From the NCBI GenBank assembly GCA_039591655.1, contig JBDHDE010000050.1, forward strand, positions 1 through 20,270: DNA of 20,270 nt, given 5' to 3'. Of this stretch, positions 1-8,719 are shown piece by piece (position 1 is the first letter of the stretch; every line of letters begins with the position of its first letter). This DNA is from Gemmatimonadota bacterium (lineage in GTDB: Bacteria > Gemmatimonadota > Gemmatimonadetes > Gemmatimonadales > GWC2-71-9). The notes below the pieces were generated by a model. It did not search any database, had not been told where the DNA came from, and saw only the letters and a list, made by a program, of their open reading frames with translations. The position numbers were made by a program, and so were the translations under genes.

Positions 1-62
1 GGAAATGTCAGCGAACGGCAAATTACCTGCGTGGGGCATCCGGGAGGGGATCGGCGACGTCG

Positions 63-1553
63 CTAGCCGGTCTCTGCAACCTCTTCCTCCGCTCCACTCG
101 AAGCCGCGGAGTCGTGGGGCAGGGTCCCCCGGGGAGAACGCAGGTACACGAATGGTGTCTGATAGAGGAAGTTCGAGACCCGCGAGGTATAGATGTCGGC
201 GTAGCGCTCCATCTGGCGTGCCAGGTGGCTCTTGTCGTTGCCCGCCCGCATCAGCAAACCCCAACGCTCGTTGCTCAGCTTCGTAGCGGCTGTAGCAAGG
301 GGCGCTATCGCCTCGTCCAGCTTCTGCAGTCGTCCCCGGAGCGCGCCCAGCTCCTTGTCCAGTGCCCGCGCTGAGGTGCCGGACTGCGGCCCGTACTTGA
401 CGCGCCGCCGCTGAAGCGCCAACCGCCCCTTGGTATGTTGGAGCTCGAGGGCCTCCTTCTCCTGCATGAGCTCTGTGAGCCGCTGCTCGTCGGCCTCGAA
501 CACGGCCATGGACCTCAGCTCGTCCTCCAGCTCCCGCAACACCAGGGCGGTGCGCCAACGGTGCACGTTCTTGGAGACGCTCACGTCGGTGTAGATGTGG
601 TCGCCCACATAGAGGATCTGATCTCCGGAGAGCTCTAGGAACTCCTCCACCAGGGCGGCGTGGCCGCCCAGGTACATGCCCTTGCGTTGGATGCCCTTGG
701 GAGAGGGCTCCAGCAGGCCGTCCTCGTTCACCACCTCGAAGACGGGGCTCTTCTCCCAGAAGAACGCGGGCTTGCGGGCCGAGACGATGATCAGGTCGAA
801 TAGGTCGCGCCAGGTGGTGCCGCCCTCGAGGAACTGGTCAAACGCGTAGCTCATCAGCGCCCGGGTGTACTTCCACTCGGAGTTGGTGATGAGCGCCAGC
901 CGCTTGCCGGCGTGCCGCTGGTCCAGCAGCGCCAGCGGCAGCTCGGGATCCAGCTCTACGAACCGGTCGGGGTCCGCTACGATCTCGGCCTTCAACTCCC
1001 CCTCCATGTGGGCCTCGTCGATGGAGGTGCGCACCATGCGGTAGAGATCGGCGTAGCCCAGCACCCCTTCGATCCGTCCCGCGTCCAGCAGGTCCACCAG
1101 CTGCGCGTACATGCACGCTTCGGAGATGGAGAAGAGCGTGTTGAGGAAGACGAACTGGGGGGCGCTCAGGCTCACCAGCTCCCGGGCGTACATCGAGCGC
1201 TGCTCCTCGAACGGCAGCTGCCTGGTACCGTGGTAGGCCCGTTTCACGTAGCCGAACCGGTTTGCCTTGAGGATATTGCCGTGCTCCAGGTCGAGGATCA
1301 GGCCCCGGACGATGAGGTGCGGGTCGAACTCCAAGTCGTCAACGGGCCATCCCAGTGCCAGGAGCTTCTGCTTCAAATGCTCGTAGGCCCGCCGCTCCCA
1401 CTCCTCCATCCGATAGTGGATGAGGGTGTAGTCCATGTCGTAGCCGATGGCCCGGATGGCCCGCAGGTTGAGGGTGCGGTTGCAGAAGATACCCCGCTCC
1501 CTGGGGGGCGAGGCGGGCTGGGTTCCCGGGGTGACCGGCTTGACGGCGCTCAC
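63..1553 (-). CDS. HAD-IG family 5'-nucleotidase (cytosolic purine nucleotidase cN-II-like), 496 aa
   Basis: 3' part of the 63..2411 ORF. HAD motifs: GYDMDYTL (I), LITNS (II), ARKP (III), YVGDHIYTDV (IV), plus the family-typical IFCNRTLNL and RYADIYTSRVSNFL. Start reassigned to GTG at 1553, which overlaps the thiD stop (GTGA); the rest of the long ORF is thiD read in another frame. Confidence 0.9.
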   Translation of the reverse strand: MSAVKPVTPGTQPASPPRERGIFCNRTLNLRAIRAIGYDMDYTLIHYRMEEWERRAYEHLKQKLLALGWPVDDLEFDPHLIVRGLILDLEHGNILKANRFGYVKRAYHGTRQLPFEEQRSMYARELVSLSAPQFVFLNTLFSISEACMYAQLVDLLDAGRIEGVLGYADLYRMVRTSIDEAHMEGELKAEIVADPDRFVELDPELPLALLDQRHAGKRLALITNSEWKYTRALMSYAFDQFLEGGTTWRDLFDLIIVSARKPAFFWEKSPVFEVVNEDGLLEPSPKGIQRKGMYLGGHAALVEEFLELSGDQILYVGDHIYTDVSVSKNVHRWRTALVLRELEDELRSMAVFEADEQRLTELMQEKEALELQHTKGRLALQRRRVKYGPQSGTSARALDKELGALRGRLQKLDEAIAPLATAATKLSNERWGLLMRAGNDKSHLARQMERYADIYTSRVSNFLYQTPFVYLRSPRGTLPHDSAASSGAEEEVAETG

Positions 1554-2353
1554 GCCTCGGCCTCCGGGGGTGGGGCGGGTGCGAAGTGATTCAGCGGTCC
1601 GTTGCCGCCCCCCAGGCCCGGTGCCGTCGCCATGGCCTGGTGCACGAAGGCGAGAGCGTCCCCCACGGCCCGCTCCAGGCCTCGGCCCTGGGCGAGTCCC
1701 GCGGTGATCGCCGACGACAGGGTGCACCCCGTCCCGTGGGTGGATGTGGTGGCGATCTTGGGATGGCGGTAGCGGTGGATGCCCTGTTCCCACACCAGGA
1801 CGTCCACTACCTCCTCGCCCGGGAGGTGGCCGCCCTTGATGAGGGCAGCCCGGGCGCCCATGCGCACCAGGTCGCGACCCGCGGCCTCCATGTCCTCCAC
1901 GGTCACGATCTGGTCCTCCACCAGGATCCGCGCCTCCTCGAGGTTGGGCGTGACCACCGCGGCCAGGGGCACCAGGGCCTCGGCCATGGACCGCTCGGCA
2001 TCGGGGTGGAGGAGGCGGTCGCCGGAGGTGGCCACCATCACTGGGTCCAGGACGTAGTTCGGGAAGCCGTGGCGCGCGATGCCCCGGGCCACCAGTGACA
2101 CCAGCTCGGCCGTGGCCAACATCCCGGTCTTCACAGCGGCGGGCGGCAAGTCCTCGGCGACGGCGGCGAGCTGGCGCTCCACCATCTCCACGGGAATCGC
2201 GTGCACCCCGGAGACGCCGCGCGTGTTCTGCGCGGTGATGGCCACGACCACGCTGGTGCCGAACACTCCGAACTGGTGAAACGTCTTGAGGTCGGCCTGG
2301 ATGCCGGCCCCGCCCCCCGAGTCGGATCCGGCGATTGTGAGGGCGATGTTCAC
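1550..2353 (-). CDS. thiD: Hydroxymethylpyrimidine/phosphomethylpyrimidine kinase
   Basis: [79 protein letters not shown] start preceded by GGGAGAG. Confidence 0.95.
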   Translation of the reverse strand: MNIALTIAGSDSGGGAGIQADLKTFHQFGVFGTSVVVAITAQNTRGVSGVHAIPVEMVERQLAAVAEDLPPAAVKTGMLATAELVSLVARGIARHGFPNYVLDPVMVATSGDRLLHPDAERSMAEALVPLAAVVTPNLEEARILVEDQIVTVEDMEAAGRDLVRMGARAALIKGGHLPGEEVVDVLVWEQGIHRYRHPKIATTSTHGTGCTLSSAITAGLAQGRGLERAVGDALAFVHQAMATAPGLGGGNGPLNHFAPAPPPEAEA

Positions 2354-2491
2354 GCTGCTCTCCCGGTCGAGAGGCGTGCACGCTTGGCGAAGCGGTCTGC
2401 GGCGGTAACATTGAACGCGGCCCGATGGGCGGAGCGGCGAGCAGCCGCTTCCCGTATGCCGTTTCCGGCTTCCCGAGTCGCCGTGATCAAC

Positions 2492-3262
2492 ATGTCATCT
2501 AATCTCATCACGCAGGTCCGCAATCTACAACGGCGCAAGGCGCGCAAGCGCGGCGGGTTGGCCGTGGCGGAGGGCGTGCGCCTGGTGGAGGAGGCTCTCG
2601 AGGCCGGCGTGGCCTTCCGGGGCGTTCTGGCGACACCCGGGCTACGGGACAACCCCCGGGGTGCCGCGCTCCTCCAGCGGCTGGGGAGCCACGCCGTGGC
2701 CGTCGAGGAGATCGGGGATTCGGAGCTTGGCGACCTCGCCGACACCGATACGCCCCAGGGCATCCTGGCGGTCATCGAGCCCCCGCGCTGGGGCCTCAGC
2801 GACATTAGCCCCCAGCCCCGGGCGCCTGTACTGGTCCTGGACGGGGTCCAGGACCCGGGCAACGTGGGTACCCTGCTCCGCACAGCGTTCGCTTTGGGCG
2901 CCCCCGGCGCCATCCTGCTTCCCGGCACGGCGGATCTGGCGAATCCCAAGGTGCTCCGGTCCGGGATGGGGGCGACCTTTCGCCTGCCGGCGGCCCCGGT
3001 GCAGGACGGGGAGTTTCGTAAGTGGACCGCGGACCAGGACGTCACGGTGTGGGCCGCGGGAGCCGAGGGCACGCCGCTGGGGCGGCTCGAGCGGCCCCAG
3101 CGGTTGGCCATCGTGGTGGGCAACGAGGGGGCAGGGGTGCGGCCCTTCATCCGGTCGCTGGCCCGCCACCAGGTCGCGATCCCGCTGGCGCGGGGTGCGG
3201 ACTCCCTGAACGTGGCGGTCGCGGGGGGCATCATGATCTACGAGGTGCAGCGTGCCGATTGA
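2492..3262 (+). CDS. TrmH/SpoU family RNA 2'-O-methyltransferase (SPOUT)
   Basis: LDGVQDPGNVGTLLRTA, VVGNEGAGV, DSLNVAVAGGI, with N-terminal AEGVRLVEEAL and TDTPQGI. Start trimmed to ATG 2492 (GTG 2483 possible) because the longer ORF overlaps thiD. Confidence 0.92.
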   Translation: MSSNLITQVRNLQRRKARKRGGLAVAEGVRLVEEALEAGVAFRGVLATPGLRDNPRGAALLQRLGSHAVAVEEIGDSELGDLADTDTPQGILAVIEPPRWGLSDISPQPRAPVLVLDGVQDPGNVGTLLRTAFALGAPGAILLPGTADLANPKVLRSGMGATFRLPAAPVQDGEFRKWTADQDVTVWAAGAEGTPLGRLERPQRLAIVVGNEGAGVRPFIRSLARHQVAIPLARGADSLNVAVAGGIMIYEVQRAD

Positions 3263-4088
3263 GTGGTTTGGCGTGATGGCGGCCGGGGTGTTCGGGGCGG
3301 CTTTCGGGAGCTTCCTCAACGTGTGCATCGTGCGGCTGCCAGAGGACGGGTCGCTGCTCAAACCCCCTTCCCGCTGTCCCCAGTGCGGCACATCCATCGC
3401 CTGGTACGACAACATTCCCATCGTCTCGTGGCTGGTGCTGCGGGGCCGCTGCCGGCAGTGCGGCAAGGGCATCTCCATTCAGTATCCGATCATCGAAGCC
3501 GTCACCGCCGCACTGTGGGCGGCGGCGGCGTGGTACTACGTGGTCGCGCCGCACGGGCCCGCCACGGAGTGGCATGCTCGGCTCGACGGCCTCACCGCGG
3601 CCATCTTCGGCACCATCCTGCTGGGGATCGCAGTCACCGACGCCCGCCACTACCTGATCCCCGACGAGTACACCTGGGGTGGCTTGATCATCGGGCTCAT
3701 GCTCTCGTGGCGGGGCGTTCTGGACGGCGGCTCCTTTTCGTGGCGGTTGGGCCTGGACGGCTTCCTCGCGGCCCTCATCGGGGCGGCCACCGGCTTCGTG
3801 CTGCTGTACTTCGTCGCGTGGGCCGGGGAGAAGGCCTTCGGGAAGGAGGCCATGGGGGGTGGCGACATCAAGATGATGACGATGGTGGGGGCCTTCGTGG
3901 GCTGGAAGGGCGTGCTGCTCACCATCTTCGGCGGGGCCCTGCTGGGTACCCTGATCTTCGTGCCGCTGTCCCTCAAGCAGAAGCGCCTGGTGCCCTTCGG
4001 TGTGTTTCTCGCCGCCGCGGCGGCCGTCACCTTCGTCTTCGGCGACCAGATCCTGACCTGGTATCTCGGGTTTGCGGGGGGGCCGTAG
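3252..4088 (+). CDS. pilD: Type IV prepilin peptidase / N-methyltransferase (peptidase A24)
   Basis: GSFLNVCIVRLP, two CxxC pairs (SRCPQC, GRCRQC), catalytic Asp contexts TDARHYLIPD and MGGGDIK, VPFGVFL, multiple TM helices; overlaps the upstream gene by 11 nt. Confidence 0.93.
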   Translation: MPIEWFGVMAAGVFGAAFGSFLNVCIVRLPEDGSLLKPPSRCPQCGTSIAWYDNIPIVSWLVLRGRCRQCGKGISIQYPIIEAVTAALWAAAAWYYVVAPHGPATEWHARLDGLTAAIFGTILLGIAVTDARHYLIPDEYTWGGLIIGLMLSWRGVLDGGSFSWRLGLDGFLAALIGAATGFVLLYFVAWAGEKAFGKEAMGGGDIKMMTMVGAFVGWKGVLLTIFGGALLGTLIFVPLSLKQKRLVPFGVFLAAAAAVTFVFGDQILTWYLGFAGGP

Positions 4089-4110
4089 TGCTCTCGCAGG
4101 GCCCTCCGTC

Positions 4111-4137
4111 AACCATCTGCCGGGCCGGGCTATCCAA
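4111..4137 (+). promoter_or_regulatory. Putative ECF-sigma-dependent (autoregulatory) promoter
   Basis: AACC (4111-4114), 17 nt, ATCCAA (4132-4137) just upstream of ATG 4146; AAC is the common ECF -35 core. Inference from position. Confidence 0.35.
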
Positions 4138-4145
4138 TGGTGTGC

Positions 4146-4715
4146 ATGAGGACAGCAGCCCTCGGGAGCGGAGCCCTGGCTAGCGCGGGCGCGGGAGCCG
4201 CCCCGGACGCGGTGGACGCCCGCCTGGCTGCGGCCGGGGATCAAGCGGCGTTCGAGCGGCTGTACCACGCGCACGTGGCGCGGGTGCACAGCCTGGCCTG
4301 GCGCATGCTCGGGGGCGACGACGCCGACGAGGCGACCCAGGACGTCTTCGTGCGAGCGTGGCAGAAGCTGGGGACGTTTCGAGGGGAGGCCGCGTTCGGG
4401 ACCTGGTTGCATCGACTGGCCATCAACGTGCTACTGGCGCTGCGCGCCACGCGGGCGCGCCGGCGGGAGCGGATGGCCGAGGGGGACGCGCTGCTGGAGC
4501 GGGTCCCCAGTCGCCGAGGGGGGCTGGAGCTGCACATCGATTTCGAGACGGCCATCGGCCGTCTGCCGGACGGAGCACGGGAGGTCTTCGTACTCCACGA
4601 CGTTGAGGGGTTCAAGCACCGCGAGATCGCCGAGATGCTGGGGGTGACCGCGGGAACCTCGAAGGCGCAGCTCCACCGGGCGCGGATGGCACTGCGCCGC
4701 TATGTCGAGCGATAG
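4146..4715 (+). CDS. ECF RNA polymerase sigma-70 factor
   Basis: Region 2: GDQAAFERLY, DADEATQDVFVRAW, FGTWLHRLAIN. Region 4: LPDGAREVFVLHDVEGFKHREIAEMLG..GTSKAQLHRAR. Start is 4146 or 4137. Confidence 0.93.
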   Translation: MRTAALGSGALASAGAGAAPDAVDARLAAAGDQAAFERLYHAHVARVHSLAWRMLGGDDADEATQDVFVRAWQKLGTFRGEAAFGTWLHRLAINVLLALRATRARRRERMAEGDALLERVPSRRGGLELHIDFETAIGRLPDGAREVFVLHDVEGFKHREIAEMLGVTAGTSKAQLHRARMALRRYVER

Positions 4716-4727
4716 CGAGGTGGTTGT

Positions 4728-5393
4728 ATGAAGGACCCATGGACTGAGCGGCTATCGGAATACCTGGACGACGAGCTGGGCGGCCGGGAGCGGGCGGAGC
4801 TGGAGGGACACCTCGTCGAGTGCACCGCGTGTGCCGAGACGCTGGAGCAGCTCCGGGCGGTGGCGCGCCGGGCGGAGAAGCTGGAGGATCGGCCGCCGGA
4901 CGGGAACCTGTGGCCCGGCATCACGGCCCGGCTCGAAGCCGGTGGTGAGCGCACTCCTGAGACGGCGCGCGCTGCAGGTCGCCGGCGGATCTCCTTCACG
5001 GTACCTCAGCTCTTGGCCGCCGGGGTGGCCCTGATGCTCGTGACGGCGGGAACCGTGTGGGTCGGTCTCTCGCCCCGGGGAGCGCCGGGCATCCCCAACG
5101 GAGACCCGGGCCTCGGATTCGGGACGCCTGTGGCCGCGGCGGTGGCGGACTACGACGCTGCGGTGGCGGAGCTCCAGGGGATCTTGCAGGAGCGCCGGGA
5201 GGAGCTGGACTCGACCACCGTGCGGGTACTGGAAGAGAATCTGGCCGCGATCGATCGGGCCATTGTGGAGGCGCAGGCGGCCCTCGCCGAGGATCCGGCG
5301 AACAGCTACCTGAGCACCCATCTCGCGGCGGCCATGTGGCAGAAGATGCGACTGCTCCGGCGGGCGGCGGCGATCGCCAGCGCCGCCGGCTGA
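4728..5393 (+). CDS. Zinc-binding (ZAS / zf-HC2) transmembrane anti-sigma factor
   Basis: LSEYLDDEL...HLVECTAC (HxxxCxxC), one TM helix (LLAAGVALMLVTAGTVWVGL), helical C-terminus; GAGGTGG SD; directly follows the ECF gene. Confidence 0.88.
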   Translation: MKDPWTERLSEYLDDELGGRERAELEGHLVECTACAETLEQLRAVARRAEKLEDRPPDGNLWPGITARLEAGGERTPETARAAGRRRISFTVPQLLAAGVALMLVTAGTVWVGLSPRGAPGIPNGDPGLGFGTPVAAAVADYDAAVAELQGILQERREELDSTTVRVLEENLAAIDRAIVEAQAALAEDPANSYLSTHLAAAMWQKMRLLRRAAAIASAAG

Positions 5394-5457
5394 AGGATCG
5401 AAGCTGATGCGTAGGCGCGTTAGGCAGCGTCGCGTGACTCGGAAAGGATAGAACGTC

Positions 5458-6306
5458 ATGCTTGCGACATTGATGGCGGCGGTAATGCTCAGCGCACCGC
5501 TTTGGCAACAGACGGACACCATCGTCCCCGTGGATCCCGACACGCGCCTGGAGGTCTCGCAGATGGGCGGCGTGGTGGTGGTGCGGACCTGGGATCGCAG
5601 CGAGATGCGGGTGGTCTCGGACCACTCCTCTCGTGAGCGGGTCGAGATCAGTCGGTCCGGAAGGGTGGTGAAGGTCAGGGCCAAGCGGGATCGTGGTGTC
5701 GCACATTCCGTGGACTTTGAGATCACCATCCCGGCCTCCATGGATGTGGAGATCTCCGGCACCTTCCTGGACATCGACATCGAGGGTGTGCAGGGAGAGG
5801 TGTCGGCCCACACCACCCAGGGCGATGTCCGGTTGGTGGGCGGCGGTCGCTACGTCAACCTGCACTCGATCCAGGGTGAGGTGACGTGCACGGGTGCCCG
5901 GGGGCGGCTCGAGATCGGCTCCGTCAACGGCAGCGTGCGGGTGCGCGACGTAGTGGGCGAGATCGCCGGCGAGACGGTGAACGGGAGCATCATCCTCGAG
6001 GATGTGCAGTCCAGCGCCGTGGAGCTGGTGACCACGAACGGCGATATCTACTACGGCGGGACGGTGGAGAGCGACGGTCGCTACTTCTTCAGCAACCACA
6101 ACGGCGATCTGACTCTCGCGGTGCCGGGCAGCATCAACGCCACCGTGTCCGTCTCGACGTTCTCCGGCGAGTTCGACTCCGACTTCCCCGTGACGCTCAC
6201 CGAGACCCGGAGCGGCGGCAAGCGCTTCAGCTTCGTGTTGGGCGACGGTGGCGCGCGCATCGAGCTGGAGTCGTTCGCTGGCACAATCAGGCTGCGGCGT
6301 CCGTAG
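5458..6306 (+). CDS. Secreted DUF4097-like beta-strand repeat protein
   Basis: Hydrophobic N-terminal signal; repeated (S/T)xxG(D/S)(V/I) turns (TTQGDV, SIQGEV, SVNGSV, TVNGSI, TTNGDI, NHNGDL); C-terminal LGDGGARIELESFAGTIRLRR; AAGGA SD. Confidence 0.8.
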   Translation: MLATLMAAVMLSAPLWQQTDTIVPVDPDTRLEVSQMGGVVVVRTWDRSEMRVVSDHSSRERVEISRSGRVVKVRAKRDRGVAHSVDFEITIPASMDVEISGTFLDIDIEGVQGEVSAHTTQGDVRLVGGGRYVNLHSIQGEVTCTGARGRLEIGSVNGSVRVRDVVGEIAGETVNGSIILEDVQSSAVELVTTNGDIYYGGTVESDGRYFFSNHNGDLTLAVPGSINATVSVSTFSGEFDSDFPVTLTETRSGGKRFSFVLGDGGARIELESFAGTIRLRRP

Positions 6307-6357
6307 GGATTGGAGCCCGCAGAAACCATGAAGCTCGAGGAGTAGAGGAGACAGCGC

Positions 6358-7185
6358 ATGCGAGCATTCCCCATCCTGGCCGTGCTCGGCCTGATCAGCT
6401 ACCCCGCGTTGGACGCGGGGGATTTCGCGAGGGAGCGGCACGCCGCACCCGCCGCGGTGACCCAGGGAGTGGACTTCGAGTGGACGGGCCGCCTGGCCGC
6501 CGGGAAGACTATCGAGATCAAGGGAATCAACGGCGACGTCCGCGCCGAGCCTGCCCGGGGGAGCGAGATCGAGGTTACCGCCACAAAGCGTGAGGGACGC
6601 CGGGGCGACGCCGACGAGGTGACCTTCGAAGTGGTGGAGCACGCCGACGGCGTCACCATCTGCGCCATGTATCCGAGCGAACCGCACGACGACCCCAACG
6701 AGTGCGGTCCCGGACGGCGTGGCCACATGAGCGTGCACGACAATGACACCGAGGTGGACTTCACGGTCCGCGTGCCCTTGGGCGTCGACTTCGCAGGCCG
6801 CACCGTGAACGGCGATGTGGAGACCGGTCCGCTGGGTGGTAACGTCTACGCCCACACCGTGAACGGCGGTGTCGAAGTGGCTGCGGCGGGGTTCGTGGAG
6901 GCCCACACGGTGAACGGCTCGATACACGCGGCCATGGGTCGCGGCGACTGGGACGGCGACCTGGAGTTCCACACGGTGAACGGGAGCATCACCCTGGAGC
7001 TGCCGGACGGCGTGGGAGCAGAGGTCCGGGCGAGGACGGTGAACGGGGCGTTGGAGACCGACTTCCCACTGACCGTCCAGGGGCGCTGGGGTCCTCGCTC
7101 CCTCACCGGGACCATCGGTGACGGTGGCCGCCGGCTGGAGCTGGAGACCGTCAACGGCTCCATCCGACTGCGGCGGGGCCGCTAG
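6358..7185 (+). CDS. Secreted DUF4097-like beta-strand repeat protein (second paralog)
   Basis: Signal peptide; six TVNG repeats plus INGDV; C-terminal IGDGGRRLELETVNGSIRLRR resembles the upstream paralog; GAGGAG SD. Confidence 0.82.
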   Translation: MRAFPILAVLGLISYPALDAGDFARERHAAPAAVTQGVDFEWTGRLAAGKTIEIKGINGDVRAEPARGSEIEVTATKREGRRGDADEVTFEVVEHADGVTICAMYPSEPHDDPNECGPGRRGHMSVHDNDTEVDFTVRVPLGVDFAGRTVNGDVETGPLGGNVYAHTVNGGVEVAAAGFVEAHTVNGSIHAAMGRGDWDGDLEFHTVNGSITLELPDGVGAEVRARTVNGALETDFPLTVQGRWGPRSLTGTIGDGGRRLELETVNGSIRLRRGR

Positions 7186-7431
7186 AGCGACCCGCCCAGC
7201 GGGCTGCGGGGCCGTCGGGTGGCTACACCCGGCGGCCTCGTCGTTTGTGGCCTACGCCACGGGACCTTCCCGGTGATCCGGGGTATCTTGGTGCGCGATC
7301 CCGGGGTGGCATGACGTCCCAGCGGGAGGAGAAGTTCTGAAGCGGTCGACCTTCAATTGCACTCCATCGAGCATCGAGTCCCTGGAGCCGGTGCGCAGCG
7401 ACCGGGCACCGGGGGGGTGGGCGTGGCACTG

Positions 7432-8628
7432 ATGCGCCTCGTCGTCACGGGCATGCTCTGTGGCCTGCTCACGGCATGTGGAGAGCGCGGCGAGGCACAG
7501 AGTGAAGCCCGGGTGCGGCAACTGGCGCTCGAGCTGGCGCCCGACGTGGAGCGCGCGGTGGGAATGCCGTTCATCCAGCCGCCGCTCATCGCGGTGCGGT
7601 CGCGGGAGCAGGTCAGCGCCTACCTCACCCGCAAGGTAGACGACGAGCTGCCGCCCTCCGTCCTGGAGGGCATGGCCGTAGCGTATCAGCTGTTCGGGCT
7701 GATCCCCGACACCCTGGATCTGCGATCCCTCCTGCTAGGCCTCTACACCGAACAGGTCGTCGGTTACTTCGATCCCGACTCGGCTACCCTATATGTGGTC
7801 GAGGGAAGCGATCCCGTGCAGCTGCGGATGGTGTTGGCCCATGAGCTGGTGCACGTGCTGCAGGGTCAGCACACCTCCATCGACTCCATGCTCGACCCCG
7901 GCCACACCAACGATCGACGCACGGCCGCACAGGCCGTCCTCGAGGGGCAGGCGACCCTGGCGTCACTCACGGCCTTGATGCCCGACCAGGACTTCAACGC
8001 CGTCCCGGAGTTCTGGACCACCTACCGGCAGGCCCTCATGCAACAGCACGAGCTGATGCCGGTCTTCAACGCGGCGCCCCTCATTGTGCGCGAGGTGCTG
8101 ATCTTCCCCTACCTCGGTGGCGCGGACTTCGTGCGCTGGTTCAGCCGCGAGTACCGCGACACGGTGCCGTTCGGACCGCGGCTGCCGGCGTCCACAGAGC
8201 AGATCCTGCACCCCGAGCGCTACCGCATGGGCGATCTACCGGTGGACCTCGTCCCTCTGGAGGAGCGTCCCACCGTCTTCTCGGACTGCCTTGGCGAGTT
8301 CGAGATCCGTGTCCTGCTCACCGTGCTCACGGGCAGTGAGTCGGCCGGCCGGGCCGGTGCCCTGGCCTGGGGTGGCGATCGGTACGCCGTCTTCCCCCAC
8401 GACGACGACGAGTTCGCCCTGGTGTGGTGGAGCGTGTGGGACACGGAGCGGGCGGCCAACCGGTTTGCGACGCTGCTGGAGCGAGTGTGGCCGACCTCAG
8501 ATGCGGCAGACAGGCGTCACGCCATCACCCGCATCTCGGTAGAGGGACACCACGGTGTGCGCCTCGTCGACGCCCCGACGGCGTGGCAGGGGTGGGAGAG
8601 GCCGCTCGCGGTGCGCGTCGGACGCTGA
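7432..8628 (+). CDS. Putative lipoprotein with gluzincin-type metallopeptidase motif
   Basis: MRLVVTGMLCGLLTAC (lipobox LTA-C) if started at ATG 7432; LAHELVHVLQ (HExxH) and downstream AVLEGQAT; also VVGYFDP, FPYLGG, PASTEQILHP, WGGDRY. Confidence 0.7.
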   Translation: MRLVVTGMLCGLLTACGERGEAQSEARVRQLALELAPDVERAVGMPFIQPPLIAVRSREQVSAYLTRKVDDELPPSVLEGMAVAYQLFGLIPDTLDLRSLLLGLYTEQVVGYFDPDSATLYVVEGSDPVQLRMVLAHELVHVLQGQHTSIDSMLDPGHTNDRRTAAQAVLEGQATLASLTALMPDQDFNAVPEFWTTYRQALMQQHELMPVFNAAPLIVREVLIFPYLGGADFVRWFSREYRDTVPFGPRLPASTEQILHPERYRMGDLPVDLVPLEERPTVFSDCLGEFEIRVLLTVLTGSESAGRAGALAWGGDRYAVFPHDDDEFALVWWSVWDTERAANRFATLLERVWPTSDAADRRHAITRISVEGHHGVRLVDAPTAWQGWERPLAVRVGR

Positions 8629-8719
8629 GGGCCCCGCCGCGCACCGGTGCGGGTGTCTGCGGCCACCTGCTCGGCGTGAGAGGGATCTTACTCGGAGCAG
8701 CCAGCCGCCAGTCGGACGG

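Noticed and set aside
1554..2411. N-terminal extension of the 782-aa ORF suggesting a large fusion protein
   Set aside because: It is thiD read in another frame (Arg/Gly/Pro-rich junk); the nucleotidase begins at the GTGA overlap at 1553.
2354..2491. TPP riboswitch upstream of thiD
   Set aside because: No CUGAGA or other conserved TPP-aptamer core on the minus strand.
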